Below, piece after piece: positions 47,923 to 61,363 of a stretch of DNA of 64,000 bases. Each line of letters opens with the position of its first letter. Position 1 is the first letter of the stretch. The position numbers were made by a program, and so were the translations under genes. Source of the DNA: Haplodiscus bocki (lineage: Eukaryota); the NCBI GenBank assembly GCA_965655095.1, contig OZ296656.1, positions 71,176,001 through 71,240,000 of the forward strand. The letters run 5' to 3'. The notes beneath the pieces were generated by a model. That model had not been told where the DNA came from, did no database searches, and saw nothing but the letters and a program-made list of their open reading frames with translations.

Positions 47923-50900
47923 ATGATGAATGTTTTCTCCTTAAATTGTCGAGGTCTGAAAGACCATAGACGTCTTCAAACTATTGTCAATAACTGCATA
48001 CGAAAACTTTCAGACCTCGACAATCTTTGCATGTGCTCGCAAGAAACTAAGATTTCTAACCTAAGTAATAACCATCTAAAAATCCTGGCGCACTATCATC
48101 TTTCCTATATTCTATATCCTGCTGATGGTCAATCAGGAGGACTCCTCACGATTTTTCCGAAAAATTTTACAGTGCTAGGGACACATAAGTCACCTAACAC
48201 AATAAGTATCCACTTTTCTCAACATACTTTCACATTAACAAACATCTACATCAAACCGACTGACTACCACCTTCAACAATTTCTATCAGACATTCTTGCT
48301 ATCGAGCAATTTCATTGTGAAAATCACATTTTATGTGGTGATTTCAATGCGTTACCATCAGCTGACTGTACTTCCAGCTGCCATGTTGCAAATAATGATT
48401 TTCGACTTATTAGATATCATCGTATTCTTGACATCCTTCATAATCTTCATGTGGTACGTGTTGAACCTCACTCACCATTGACGAAATTCACACATTTTGA
48501 CAAGAGAACTAGCTCTGCTAGTCAGATTGATCACTTCTTCACTAGCCAACCCCACTATGTATATAACACAACAAAAATCTCCTTTTCCGATCATGCTCTT
48601 CTTTCTCTAGAAGTTTCGAATGTCACTATGACAAATTCCAGCTACTGGAAACTTAATGACAATGCATTGATCCATCATGACTATATCACAAGCATCATCT
48701 TCGACACTCTGCACTCCTCTCACAATTCCAATAATTTCGATGTACAACATTATGATCGAGTTAAAACCAAAATGAGAGACCATCTTCGTGCTTTATGCAT
48801 CTTCTGGCATAAGCAAGCGCTTCATGAAGAGCGATACTTGAATGCCGAAATTTTAAAGCTTGAACATCAAATCTCCAATAATGACGTTGACCCTGTTCTG
48901 ATTAAACAGTTGTCCGCTTTAAACTCGCAACTCATGAACTATCAAAGTGTGAAAGCCAAAAAAGACTTTAAACAGATCAAACACTATTTTACCGACTGTC
49001 ATCATGGAGACTCACACTCGGTCAAAAAACTCATTTGCTCGCGTCGGCAAAAATCTAACATTGAGTCTCTTGACTTGCCAGATGGCTCTACCACATCCAA
49101 CATTGACAACATCTTCTATGAATTTCATCACCACTTTTCTCAACGATTCACACAACCGATCCATACAACTTCCCAACTCTCTGACATTGAAAACCTCTTA
49201 CAACCTTTTCTTAGCACACATTCGAGCGCAATACAAGCTAACATAGCTCAGAATACCCATAACTCGCAGGTAACAGAACAGGAAGTAGAAGAAGCAATTA
49301 AAAAACTTAACTCCGATAGTGCTCCAGGACTAGATGGTTTAACATCTAACTTTTACAAAGCTCATGCAAACTTTTTTATTCCATACTTAACTAATATTTT
49401 TAACTTAATGATTTCACATAACTGGGTTCCTGAATCCTTCACACGAACGGTGATTAAGTTAATACCGAAAAAACCGGTTTCCCGTACGGTCGAAGACTAT
49501 CGTCCGATTACTCTTATTAACACCGATCAAAAAATTCTCTCGCATCTTCTCGCTAATCGCCTAAAAAAGTCCTTGACCACTCTCATTGGTCCCCACCAAA
49601 CTGCGTACCTTCCTCAACGGTCAATTCATTCCTCGCTTACCCAAGTCAATCTTAACTTGGAATACCTAACTGAGGAGGATTGTCTAGTTGCCTGTGACTT
49701 CAGTAAAGCTTTTGATAAACTCGACCGAACCTATCTTTTTGCTCTCCTACAGCGAATTGGCCAACATCCGTCCACTCTTGGTCTTATCAAACTCATGTAT
49801 CATCATACTGATGCATTTCTTGATATCAATGGAGCGCTATCTCCAGTTATTAACATAACTAGTGGTGTCCGTCAAGGATGTCCGCTTTCCTCGCTCCTCT
49901 TTATTCTTGGCCTCGAACCGTTCCTATTTCATCTCCAACGTAACACCGCCATCCAATCATCTAGTCCTTTCAAAATCATAGCGTACGCCGATGACATTAC
50001 ATGTTGTCTTAAAATCAACAGCCTCCAATATCTCTTCGATACTATCAATATTTTCTCGTCGGTCACTAACCTGTATCTGAATCATCAGAAAACTGAGATC
50101 TTATGTTCTGGCTCACTCCCAAGTGGCTTCCTATCAGTTCCCACTGTCCAAATCTTAGGTGTTCAGTTTTCCATAAATAACTCAGCGATTCAACTGAATT
50201 CCGCAATCTTGCAGGCGAACAAATCACGGCTTTTCTGTAATCCATATAATACGTTTCTCGCTCGCGCCAAAAACGTTGAGACTTTTGTTATGCAAAAACT
50301 CATTCATCAAGTTCGCCATAAATATGTATTGAAGACGCAGCTAGAAAGAATTGACAATATCTTTGTTGATTCAATCTGGTTAGGACGTAAACATAATATG
50401 AAGAAAACTATTCTCCAAAAACCATGGGCCTCCATGGGAATTGGTCTTAAAAATTTTACGCAGGTTATCACTGCGGCCAAAACTATTGACTACAAGAATT
50501 TTTTCTATTCGAATCCTACTAGCAATCAGTACCGCCTCTTTCGTAATTCGAAATTTTTCTCTAACATGAGACGCTTACTGCGGACCTTCAACTGTACGCT
50601 CAGTTTAGATAATACCTCTCAAATACTTCTCCGCAGATCATCTCAAGTCTTAGTTCTTACTCCATGGACGCGTACTCGCACGGTCTATCGTTTTCTTAGT
50701 TCCACAAATACGCATGATTCTCTATTGCGTCTAACCCAAATAGCGTCTCGCCTCAATTACCCACCCGATCAGATCTTTATGTTTTTGCGGCGCTTATGGA
50801 AGCATAAATCATATGCAGCGTTTGAGAAAAACTATCTGTATAAATTTTTCATGAATTGTTACATGGATAAAACTGTTAAATTTGAACATGGATGGACTGA

Positions 50901-51012
50901 GACTCCTTTCTGTTGTTTCTGTGGCTCTGCCGCAGAAACCTTCCACCATCTTTTATCGGAATGTCCGAATATTCCGCATCTGAACTTCTTTCCCACAGTA
51001 GGTCATCCGTAA
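47923..51012 (+). CDS. E7 ORF2 (APE-RT-CCHC), nearly intact; premature TAA removes about 50 C-terminal residues
   Basis: All catalytic motifs in frame; CAA>TAA at 51010 relative to E1/E8. Confidence 0.9.
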   Translation: MMNVFSLNCRGLKDHRRLQTIVNNCIRKLSDLDNLCMCSQETKISNLSNNHLKILAHYHLSYILYPADGQSGGLLTIFPKNFTVLGTHKSPNTISIHFSQHTFTLTNIYIKPTDYHLQQFLSDILAIEQFHCENHILCGDFNALPSADCTSSCHVANNDFRLIRYHRILDILHNLHVVRVEPHSPLTKFTHFDKRTSSASQIDHFFTSQPHYVYNTTKISFSDHALLSLEVSNVTMTNSSYWKLNDNALIHHDYITSIIFDTLHSSHNSNNFDVQHYDRVKTKMRDHLRALCIFWHKQALHEERYLNAEILKLEHQISNNDVDPVLIKQLSALNSQLMNYQSVKAKKDFKQIKHYFTDCHHGDSHSVKKLICSRRQKSNIESLDLPDGSTTSNIDNIFYEFHHHFSQRFTQPIHTTSQLSDIENLLQPFLSTHSSAIQANIAQNTHNSQVTEQEVEEAIKKLNSDSAPGLDGLTSNFYKAHANFFIPYLTNIFNLMISHNWVPESFTRTVIKLIPKKPVSRTVEDYRPITLINTDQKILSHLLANRLKKSLTTLIGPHQTAYLPQRSIHSSLTQVNLNLEYLTEEDCLVACDFSKAFDKLDRTYLFALLQRIGQHPSTLGLIKLMYHHTDAFLDINGALSPVINITSGVRQGCPLSSLLFILGLEPFLFHLQRNTAIQSSSPFKIIAYADDITCCLKINSLQYLFDTINIFSSVTNLYLNHQKTEILCSGSLPSGFLSVPTVQILGVQFSINNSAIQLNSAILQANKSRLFCNPYNTFLARAKNVETFVMQKLIHQVRHKYVLKTQLERIDNIFVDSIWLGRKHNMKKTILQKPWASMGIGLKNFTQVITAAKTIDYKNFFYSNPTSNQYRLFRNSKFFSNMRRLLRTFNCTLSLDNTSQILLRRSSQVLVLTPWTRTRTVYRFLSSTNTHDSLLRLTQIASRLNYPPDQIFMFLRRLWKHKSYAAFEKNYLYKFFMNCYMDKTVKFEHGWTETPFCCFCGSAAETFHHLLSECPNIPHLNFFPTVGHP

Positions 51013-51372
51013 ATCAACTTCCACCTTCCCAACGACTTTTATCCTTTTAAGCGACTCATTGCTCTCCTTATTTGTTCGTGGAGTAACGACTCACGCAAAT
51101 TTGCAAAATACTTCATTAACTGTGTGAAACTCAGGAACCCAACTATAAGTTTAAATACTAATCTTTAAGAATGTTAACCTAAGCTTTCATCATAACCAAG
51201 TTTGAATTGTAACTAAGCCTTGTCTGAATTGAAAATACCTTACTCTTGATATAACTAATTTCTGTAACTAATTTCTGTAACTAATCATTTGTGTAACTAA
51301 TCATTTGTGTAACTAATCATTTGTGTAACCAATCATTTGTATAAAGATACTTCAATGAATTAATTCTTTAAA

Positions 51373-51389
51373 AGCCTAATTGTTGTGAT
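51373..51389 (+). repeat. Junction 17-mer copy 8
   Basis: Exact; preceded by AATTCTTTAAA. Confidence 0.95.
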
Positions 51390-51636
51390 ACTCGCGATTG
51401 ATAAAGATAGCTAGCCGTGCTTGAATCTTTGCGAACACAGAACTGCGCCACAGCAACACAGAATTGCTGTTGTTTTCACCACACTTTCTTGTGGTGTTAC
51501 ATTCTCATCGAATTAATCTTCAGTATTTCTATCTTTATTTTGACGACGTTATCTGAAGCCTCCTTACTCTGCTCACATCTCTTGTTGAGCTTTGCTGCTA
51601 TCGGCTAGCACTGAGTGCTTTCTCGACTTTATCTCC

Positions 51637-52989
51637 ATGGAACGACCAACGGCCACGATTGACTCTGCCTCTTCTTCTGCTCTGATGATGACCAACAACA
51701 CTATTCTGACAACGGCTTACCACGGTTATTTGAATCCTGAACAACGTGTAGAATTCTATCAAAACCAAGAATCATCGACTACCCAAGCAGCACCACCGCC
51801 TGAAACTGTAACAAAGTACATCACCCAAGCACTTCAACAACCAAGCTACTCGGGCATCGCCTCTAACAATCTTCCGCAACCAAGAACCATGAATATACTT
51901 AAACTAAAAATCATCCCTCCCTTCAACAAAGACCACTTCCCAACAAAGGAAACCTTCGAAACAGCTTCTAACCATTGTATCGCTTCTATCTTACGAAAAT
52001 TCTCACCGCAACTAAGAACTAAGCTCACGTTATCCAAAACCTTCACTATGGTTGGGACCCGAAGACTACATACTTTTCACCTCGTGGCTCCAACTGAAGC
52101 CTCCGACGTTTTCACCAGACTACAGACTAATGGGATTGAAATGTTGGGAAGAACGGTCATTCCTCAAAGTGACTCTTTCCCGCGTGTCATCCCTGGACTC
52201 TACCCGAAGCATGTTCCTGTACGGATACTTCAACTTCCATCAATTTGTCAGGACTCAGAACTATCAGACATTCTCGACTTACCCGACTCCACTCACATTA
52301 CATCGATTCGACGTGATACTGACGAAATTGACGGTATGCACTTCTTCACTGGACGGGTTTCGGCCATGATTCGTGTGGTTTCACACGAACACGAAGCGGT
52401 GCTACGCCAATGGTCCATCCGCAACCACGAAAATGGAACTTTGACTTGGAATGATATACCCATCTACGCCTTCATTCCTGCTCTGCACCAGTGTACCCAT
52501 TGCAGGGAGCACAGACGGCCCTTCCATGGGCACGATGTGGCCTGGTGTAGGTATGCCAGGGTGGAGGAGCAACAAAGACAGATGACTAACTGCAACCAAG
52601 ACACCACTGTGCAACCACGCAACCAAGATGACACTGTTCCACCATGCAACCAAGATGACACCACTCCAACTAATGACGCAACCACGGTAACCAATGTGAA
52701 TCAAGACGAACCCTCTGACAGCAACCAAGAGACTGATAGCAACCAAGTGGAGATTCAAACTGACAACGAAGATGATGATGATGATGACGATTCCCAACGC
52801 CCATGGCAAACTGCTCCGCCCCACCCAAGAAAAACCATCCCTGCAACCACGTCTCAATCACAACCTCCCACTTTCAACACAACCAAGAGAAAAGCTGACC
52901 ATAACAAAGTAAGATTTTTTGCGTCGAAGAATCTGGCGCTCCAGGCACCCCTCAAAAAGAAGAAGAAGAAACCACCCAAGTCATCTTAA
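51637..52989 (+). CDS. E8 ORF1
   Basis: ATGGAACGAC start; knuckle; KKKKKK tail. Confidence 0.87.
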   Translation: MERPTATIDSASSSALMMTNNTILTTAYHGYLNPEQRVEFYQNQESSTTQAAPPPETVTKYITQALQQPSYSGIASNNLPQPRTMNILKLKIIPPFNKDHFPTKETFETASNHCIASILRKFSPQLRTKLTLSKTFTMVGTRRLHTFHLVAPTEASDVFTRLQTNGIEMLGRTVIPQSDSFPRVIPGLYPKHVPVRILQLPSICQDSELSDILDLPDSTHITSIRRDTDEIDGMHFFTGRVSAMIRVVSHEHEAVLRQWSIRNHENGTLTWNDIPIYAFIPALHQCTHCREHRRPFHGHDVAWCRYARVEEQQRQMTNCNQDTTVQPRNQDDTVPPCNQDDTTPTNDATTVTNVNQDEPSDSNQETDSNQVEIQTDNEDDDDDDDSQRPWQTAPPHPRKTIPATTSQSQPPTFNTTKRKADHNKVRFFASKNLALQAPLKKKKKKPPKSS

Positions 52990-53014
52990 TTCTTAACTTT
53001 CTCCTATTTTTGTA

Positions 53015-56000
53015 ATGAATGTCTTCTCTTTGAATTGTCGAGGTCTGAAAGACCATAGACGCCTTCAAATAATTATTAATAATTGCATACGACAACTTTC
53101 AGACCTCGACAATCTTTGCATGTGCTTGCAAGAAACTAAGATTTCTAACCTAAGTAATAACCATCTAAAAATCCTGGCGCACTATCATCTTTCCTATATT
53201 CTATATCCTGCTGATGGTCAATCAGGAGGACTCCTCACGATTTTTCCAAAACATTGTACAGTGCTAGGGACACATAAGTCACCTAACACAATAAGTATCC
53301 ACTTTTCTCAACATACTTTCACATTAACAAACATCTACATCAAACCGACTGACTACCACCTTCAACAATTTCTATCAGACATTCTTGTCATCGAGCAATT
53401 TCATTGTGAAACTCACATTCTATGTGGTGATTTCAATGCGTTACCATCAGCTGACTGCACTTCCAGCTGCCACGTTGCAAATAATGATTTTCGACTTCTT
53501 AGATATCATCGTATTCTTGACATCCTTCATAATCTTCATGTGGTACGTGTTGAACCTCACTCACCATTGACGAAATTCACACATTTTGACAAGAGAACTA
53601 GCTCTGCTAGTCAGATTGATCACTTCTTCACTAGCCAACCCCACTATGTATATAACACAACAAAAATCTCCTTTTCCGATCATGCTCTTCTTTCTCTAGA
53701 AGTCTCGAATGTCACTATGACAAGTTCCAGCTACTGGAAACTTAATGACAATGCATTGATCCATCATGACTATATCACAAGCATCATCTTCGACACTCTG
53801 CACTCCTCTCACAATCCCAATAATTTCGATGTACAACATTATGATCGGGTTAAAACCAAAATGAGAGACCATCTTCGTGCTTTATGCATCTTCTTGCATA
53901 AGCAAGCGCTTCATGAAGAAAGATACTTGACAGCCGAAATTTCAAAACTTGAACATTGCATATCCAATAATGCTGCTGACCCTGTTCTGATTAAACAGTT
54001 GTCCACTTTAAACTCGCAACTCATGCACTATCAAAGTATGCAAGCCACAAAAGACTTTAAACAGATCAAACACTATTTTACCGATTGTCATCATGGCGAC
54101 TCACATTCGGTCAAAAAACTTATTTGCTCGCGTCGGCAAAAATCTAACATTGAATCTCTTGACTTAACAGATGGCTCTACCACATCCAACATTGACAACA
54201 TCTTCTATGAATTCCACCACCACTTTTCTCAACGATTCACACAACCGATCCATACAACTTCCCAACTCTCTGAATTTGCGAACCTCTTACAACCTTTTCT
54301 TAGCACACATTCGAGCGCAATACAAGCTAACATAGCTCAAAATACCCATAACTCGCAGTTAACAGAACAGGAAGTGGAAGAGGCAATTAAAAAACTCAGA
54401 TAGTGCTCCAGGATTAGATGGTTTAACATCTAACTTTTACAAAGCCCATGCAAACTTTTTTATTCCATACTTAACTAACATGTTTAACTTAATGATCTCA
54501 CATAACTGGGTTCCTGGATCCTTCACACGAACGGTGATTAAGTTAATACCGAAAAAACCGGTTTCGCGTACGGTCGAAGACTATCGTCCGATTACTCTTA
54601 TTAACACCGATCAAAAAATTCTCTCGCATCTTCTTGCTAATCGCCTAAAAAAGTCCTTGACCACTCTCATTGGTCCTCACCAAACTGCATACCTTCCCCA
54701 ACGGTCCATTCATTCCTCGCTTACCCACGTCAATTTAAACTTAGAATACCTCACTGAGGAGGATTGTTTAGTTACTTGTGACTTCAGTAAAGCTTTTGAT
54801 GAACTCGACCGAACCTATCTTTTTGCTCTCCTACAACAAATTGGCCTCCATCCGTCCACTCTCGGCCTCATCAAACTCATGCATCACCATACTGACGCAT
54901 TTCTTGATATCAACGGATCGCTATCTCCAGTTGTTAACATAACTAGTGGTGTCCGTCAAGGATGTCCACTTTCCTCGCTCCTCTTTATTCTTGGCCTCGA
55001 ACCGTTCCTATTTCATCTCCAACGTAACACCGCCATCCAATCATCTAGTCCATTCAAAATCATAGCGTACGCCGATGACATTACATGTTGTCTTAAAATC
55101 AACAGCCTCCAATATCTCTTCGATACTATCAATATTTTCTCGTCGGTCACTAACCTGTATCTGAATCAACAGAAAACTGAGATCTTATGTTCTGGCTCAC
55201 TCCCAAGTGGCTTCCTATCAGTTCCCACTGTCCAAATCTTAGGTGTTCAGTTTTCCATAAATAACTCAGCGATTCAACTGAATTCCGCAATCTTGCAGGC
55301 AAACAAATCACGGCTTTTCTGTAATCCATATAATACGTTTCTCGCTCGCGCCAAAAACGTTGAGACTTTTGTTATGCAAAAACTCATTCATCAAGTTCGC
55401 CATAAATATGTATTGAAGACGCAGCTAGAAAGAATTGACAATATCTTTGTTGATTCAATCTGGTTAGGACGTAAACATAATATGAAGAAAACTATTCTCC
55501 AAAAACCATGGGCCTCCATGGGAATTGGTCTTAAAAATTTTACGCAGGTTATCACTGCGGCCAAAATTATTGACTACAAGAATTTTTTCTATTCGAATCC
55601 TACTAGCAATCAGTACCGCCTCTTTCGTAATTCGAAACTTTTCTCTAACATGAGACGCTTACTGCGGACCTTCAACTGTACGCTCAGTTTAGATAATACC
55701 TCTCAAATACTTCTCCGCAGATCATCTCAAGTCTTAGTTCTTACTCCACTGATGCGTACTCGCACGGTCTATCGGTTTCTTAGCTCCACAAATACGCATG
55801 ATTCTCTATTGCGTCTAACCCAAATAGCGTCTCGCCTCAATTACCCACCCGATCAGATCTTTATGTTTTTGCGGCGCTTATGGAAGCATAAATCATATGC
55901 AGCGTTTGAGAAAAACTATCTGTATCAATTTTTCATGAATTGTTACATGGATAAAACTGTTAAATTTGAACATGGATGGACTGAGACTCCTTTCTGTTGT

Positions 56001-56252
56001 TTCTGTGGCTCTGCCGCAGAAACCTTCCACCATCTTTTATCGGAATGTCCGAATATTCCGCATCTGAACTTCTTTCCCACAGTAGGTCATCCGCAACTCA
56101 TCTTCCACCTTCCCAATGACTTTTATCCTTTTAAACGACTCATTGCTCTCCTTATTTGTTCGTGGAGTAACGACTCACGCAAATTTGCAAAATACTTCAT
56201 TAACTGTGTGAAATTCAGGAACCCAACTATAAGTTTATATACTAATCTTTAA
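53015..56252 (+). pseudogene. E8 ORF2 with a 5-nt deletion frameshift near 54395
   Basis: AAAAAACTCAGAT here versus AAAAAACTTAACTCAGAT in E1. Confidence 0.9.
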
Positions 56253-56452
56253 GAATGTTAACCTAAGCTTTTATCATAACCAAGTTTGAATTGTAACTAA
56301 GCCTTGTCTGAATTGTAAATACCTTACTCTTGATATAACTTTCTGGATTTCTAATTTCTGTAACTAATTTCTGTAACTAATCATTTGTGTAACTAATCAT
56401 TTGTGTAACCAATCATTTGTATAAAGATACTTCAATGAATTAATTCTTTAAA

Positions 56453-56469
56453 AGCCTAATTGTTGTGAT
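56453..56469 (+). repeat. Junction 17-mer copy 9
   Basis: Exact; preceded by AATTCTTTAAA. Confidence 0.95.
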
Positions 56470-56792
56470 CGCCTTTGATAAAGAGAGCTTTCCTTGCTTG
56501 AATCGAAGTGATTGTGACCATATTGTGACCATAGATTGGCCAGAATTTCATCTGTGACTTCTATTGGTTACTACTATTCATCACTTTTTGTGGTGAAAAG
56601 TCTTATCATTGAATCGACCTTTACTTCATTCAGCACAGACTTGCAACACAGCAACACAGAATTGCGGCGTGGACTACGGATTCTTCTCTTCTACTTCTGT
56701 GACGTGACTTCTCATTGAAAACTTCTGACACAGCTTTCCCGCTGATTAATACTGATTTTTCATTCAGTATTTCAGCTCAAAATTTTTGAAAA

Positions 56793-58091
56793 ATGGAACG
56801 ACAAATGGCCATGGCAGACGATGTTTCTCTCTACCCCCCTCTCAAAAATAGCTCTTCTGACACAGTTCAACACTACATGACACCTGAACAACGCGTAAAC
56901 TTCTATAATAACCAAGAAATGTCACTTTGCAACCAAGAAAGAACAAACAATGTCAACCAAGAAAACAAGCAACCAAGTTATTCTGGAATTACTTCTCAAA
57001 ACACTCCGCAACCAAGAACAATGAGCATATTGAAACTAAAGATTATTCCCCCCTTTAACAAAGACCACTTCGTAACTAAGACTACCTTTGAAACCGCTTC
57101 CAATCAGTGTATTTCAGCAATCTTACGACAATTTTCCCCGCAACTAAGATCAAAACTCACAATATCCAAGACCTTCACCATAGTAGGAACCCGAAGACTT
57201 CACACTTTCCACATTGTTGCACCAATCGAAGCCTCAGAAGTAATCTCTCGTCTCCAGTCCAGTGGAATTGAAATGCTTGGACGAACAGTCATCCCACGAA
57301 GTGACTCTTTTGAGCGCTATATCCCGGGTATCTACCCAAAACACATCCCAATACGAATCTTACAACTTCCCTCACTCTGCAACGAACAAGACCTTCCTGA
57401 CATTCTTAATTTGCCCGAATCAACACAAATTACATCTCTGCGACACAACACGGAACTGATTGACGGAATGAACTTCTTCAATGGGCGAGCATCGGCCATG
57501 ATTCGAGTGGTGTCAAAGGAACACGAGCAGATGCTACGAGAATGGTCCATTCACAACCACGAAAATGGGACACTTGAATGGAATGGCATTCCAATTTACG
57601 CATTCATACCAGCTCTTCATCAATGTCAGCATTGTAAGAACAACCGTCGGCCGTTCCAAGGACATGATATTGCTTGGTGTAGGTATGCGAAAGATGAAAA
57701 ACAACAAAGTCCAAATAATCTTCCCAACAATCCGAACCAAGCTCTTACACAAAACTGCAACCAAGACGAATCACAACACCACAGCAACCAAGTCACAACA
57801 CCTGAAAACCCTACTAATTCCAACGATGAAACCAACATGACCCAAGATGACGACTCTGAAAGCAACAAAGACCCTGATGGCAATCAAGTAGACATTGAAA
57901 CAAACAGTGACACCGATGATGATATACAACAACCATGGCAAACAACACAACCAAGAAAAACAACAACCGCAACCAAGACACTATCCCAACCAGCCGATTT
58001 CAAGCATACTAAGAGGAAAGCTCGACTTTTTATGGCGAAGAATCTTTCGATTCAAACGCCTGTAACTAAGAAAAAAAAACCTGCGAAATGA
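56793..58091 (+). CDS. E9 ORF1
   Basis: 432 aa; conserved ORF1 motifs; CQHC-x9-H-x4-C. Confidence 0.87.
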   Translation: MERQMAMADDVSLYPPLKNSSSDTVQHYMTPEQRVNFYNNQEMSLCNQERTNNVNQENKQPSYSGITSQNTPQPRTMSILKLKIIPPFNKDHFVTKTTFETASNQCISAILRQFSPQLRSKLTISKTFTIVGTRRLHTFHIVAPIEASEVISRLQSSGIEMLGRTVIPRSDSFERYIPGIYPKHIPIRILQLPSLCNEQDLPDILNLPESTQITSLRHNTELIDGMNFFNGRASAMIRVVSKEHEQMLREWSIHNHENGTLEWNGIPIYAFIPALHQCQHCKNNRRPFQGHDIAWCRYAKDEKQQSPNNLPNNPNQALTQNCNQDESQHHSNQVTTPENPTNSNDETNMTQDDDSESNKDPDGNQVDIETNSDTDDDIQQPWQTTQPRKTTTATKTLSQPADFKHTKRKARLFMAKNLSIQTPVTKKKKPAK

Positions 58092-58112
58092 TCTTTTCTT
58101 ATATTTTCCAAA

Positions 58113-61100
58113 ATGAATGTTTTTTCGTTTAATTGTCGAGGTCTGAAAGACCATCGACGTCTTCAAACAATTGTAAATCAATGTCTCCAAAAACAATCAG
58201 ACCTCGACAATCTTAGCATTTGCTTGCACGAAACTAAGATTACTAATATCACTAACAACCATCTAAAAATCCTGGAGCACTATCACCTTTCATATCATAT
58301 ATATCCATCGGAAGGTCAATCTGGAGGACTGCTAACGATTTTTCCAGAAAAATACAAAATGCTCAACATGCATAAATCATCAAACACAATAAGTATCCAC
58401 TTTTCTCAACACAACTTCACACTAACAAACACATACATTAAACCGACTGACTACCAACTCCAACAATTTTTATCGGATACTCTTGCTATTGAAAACTTCG
58501 AATGCAACACTCACGTCATATGTGGTGACATCAACGCGCTCCCATCATCTAGCTGCACATCTAATCGTAATGTGGCAAATAATGACTTCCGTCTTCTCAG
58601 ATATCATCGTATTATTGACATTCTCCATAATCTTCATGTAGTACATGTTGAACCTGCATCTCCATCAACAAGATTCACGCATTTTGATAAAAGATCTAGC
58701 TCTTCCAGTCAAATTGACCATTTTTTCACTAGTCAATCTCACTATGTCTATGAGACCACAAAAATTTCTTTCTCCGATCATGCCCTTCTCTCTCTTAGAC
58801 CTTCCAACGTAGTTATGACAAGTACTAGCTATTGGAAACTTAACGACAATGCACTGCAACACTATGCTTATATAGCAACCATTATCACAGAATCCCTACA
58901 AACGTCTCATGATCTAAATAATTCCCACTTACACCATTATGATCTTGTTAAAAATACCATGAGAGACCGTCTTCGTTCTCTATGCATTTTCCTACATCGA
59001 CAAGCAGTTCATGAAGAGAGATTTTTAATAGCAGAAATGTCAAAGGTAGAAAATGAAATCTCTAATAATGGTGCAGACACTGTTCTGATTAAACAGTTAT
59101 CAACTCAACTCACAATTCCTTAATTACCAAAATATGAAAGCCAAAAAAGATTTCAAACAAATCAAACAATATTTTACAGATTGTCATCATGGAGATTCAC
59201 ACTCTGTCAGAAAACTCCTCTGCTCACGTCGACAAAAATCAAACATTGAATCAATTGACCTACCAGACGGTTCCTCCACATTCAACATTGACAGTATCTT
59301 CCATGAATTCCACAACCATTTCTCTCAACGATTCACACAATCAACTCACACAACATCAGATACGACCTCTCATCTCTCCAACATTAACAACATTCTACAA
59401 TCATTTCTCACAACACATTGGCATGCGATACAAGATAATATTGCTCAAAATACCCATCATTCACAAATAACAGAACAAGAAGTAGAAGAAGCAATTAAAA
59501 AACTTAACTCAGATAGTGCTCTAGGATTAGATGGTTTAACATCTAACTTCTATAAAGCAAATGCAATTTTTTTTGTTCCGTACTTAACTACTATATTTAA
59601 CTTGATAATTATTTATAATTGGGTTCGTGAATCCTTCACAAGAACAGTGATTAAACTAATTCCGAAAAAACCGTTTCCACGTATGGTCGAAGACTATCGT
59701 CCGATTAGCCTTATTAACACTGATCAAAAGATTCTCTCTCATCTCCTTGCTAATCGCCTCAAAAGCTCCCTGACCAGTCTTATTGGCTCTCACCAAACTG
59801 CTTACCTCCCTCAACGCTCAATTCACTCCTCGCTTACCCAAGTTAATCTAAACTTAGAACAACTCACTGATGAGGATTGTCTTGTTGCTTGTGATTTTAG
59901 CAAAGCTTTTGATAAACTCGACCGAACCTATCTTTTTGCTCTTCTAGAGCAAATTGGCCTCCATCCGTCCACGCTTGGTATCATCAAAACAATGTATCAC
60001 CATACTGATGCATTTCTTGATATAAATGGATCGCTATCTCCAATTATTAATATGACTAACGGTGTCCGTCAGGGCTGTCCACTTTCTCTTCTTTTTATTC
60101 TTGGCATTGAACCTTTCCTGTTTCATCTCCAGAAAAATACTTCCATTCTATCAACTAGTCCTTTCAAAATCATAGCCTATGCAGATGACATTACATGTTG
60201 TCTTAAAATCAACAGCCTCCAACATCTCTTCTATACTATCAACACTTTCTCTTCAGTTACCAATCTCTATCTTAATCTACAGAAGACTGAGATCTTATGC
60301 TCTGGATCACTTCCAAATGGTTTCGTTTCGGTTCCTTCTATCAAAATTTTAGGTGTGGAGTTTTCCTTGAACAATTTTAGCAATTCAAATGAATTCGGCA
60401 ATCTTGCAAGCACACAAATCACGAATGTTTTGCAACCCATATAATACCTTTCTTGCTAGAGCCAAAAACATTGAAACATTTGTTATGCATAAACTCATTC
60501 ATCAAATTCGACATAAATATGTATTAAAGACGCAGCTCGAAAGAATTGATAATATCTTAGTTGATTCAATCTGGTTAGGACGTAAACACAATCTGAAAAA
60601 AACTATCCTCCAAAAACCATGGGTCTCCATGGGAATTGGTCTTAAAAATTTTACACAGGTTATCACTGCGGCCAAAACCATTGACTATGAAAATTTTCTT
60701 TACTCAAATCCTACTAGTAATCAATATAACTTTTTTCGTCATTGTAAACTTTTCTCTAATTTGAGACGCCTATTGCGAACTTTCAACTGTACCCTCAATA
60801 CAGATAATTCTTCTCAAGTCGCTCTCCGCAAATCATCTCATACCCTCATTCTCACTCCATGAACGCGTACTCGTGAAGTTTATCGTTTCATTAGCTCCAC
60901 TAATACTCATGAATCTGTCTCGCGTCTAACACAACTTGCGTCTCGCCTCAACTATCCACCAGACTTAATCTTTTTATTTCTGCGGCGCCTATGGAAACAT
61001 AAAGCATATGCAGCATTTGAGAAAAATTATCTCTACCAATTTTTCATGAATTGTTACATGGACAAAAGCATTAAATTCCAACATGGATGGAGTGACACTC

Positions 61101-61363
61101 CCTTCTGCTGTTTCTGCGGCTCTGCTGAAGAAACTTTTCACCACTTACTCTCCGAATGTACCAACATTCCTCATTTGAATTTCTTTCCAACAATAGGCCA
61201 TCCGCAGTTAAACTTCCAAAATTCAACTGACATATATCCTTTCAAACGACTCATTGCGCTACTCATTTGCTCGTGGAGTAACGACTCACATAAATTTCGA
61301 AAATACTTTGTAAATTGTGTGAGGCTCAGGAACCCAACTATTAGTCTACATATTAATACATAA
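58113..61363 (+). pseudogene. E9 ORF2 with multiple frameshifts and a nonsense codon
   Basis: ORF pieces 58113-59123, 59134-60444, 60389-60862 and 61046-61363 are collinear with E7 ORF2. Confidence 0.9.

Larger units (their letters stand above)
46304..51372 (+). mobile_element. Unit E7: full-length element, lineage A (~5.07 kb)
   Basis: ORF1 + ORF2; 3'UTR repeats. Confidence 0.92.
51373..56452 (+). mobile_element. Unit E8: full-length element, lineage A (~5.08 kb)
   Basis: ORF1 + frameshifted ORF2. Confidence 0.92.
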
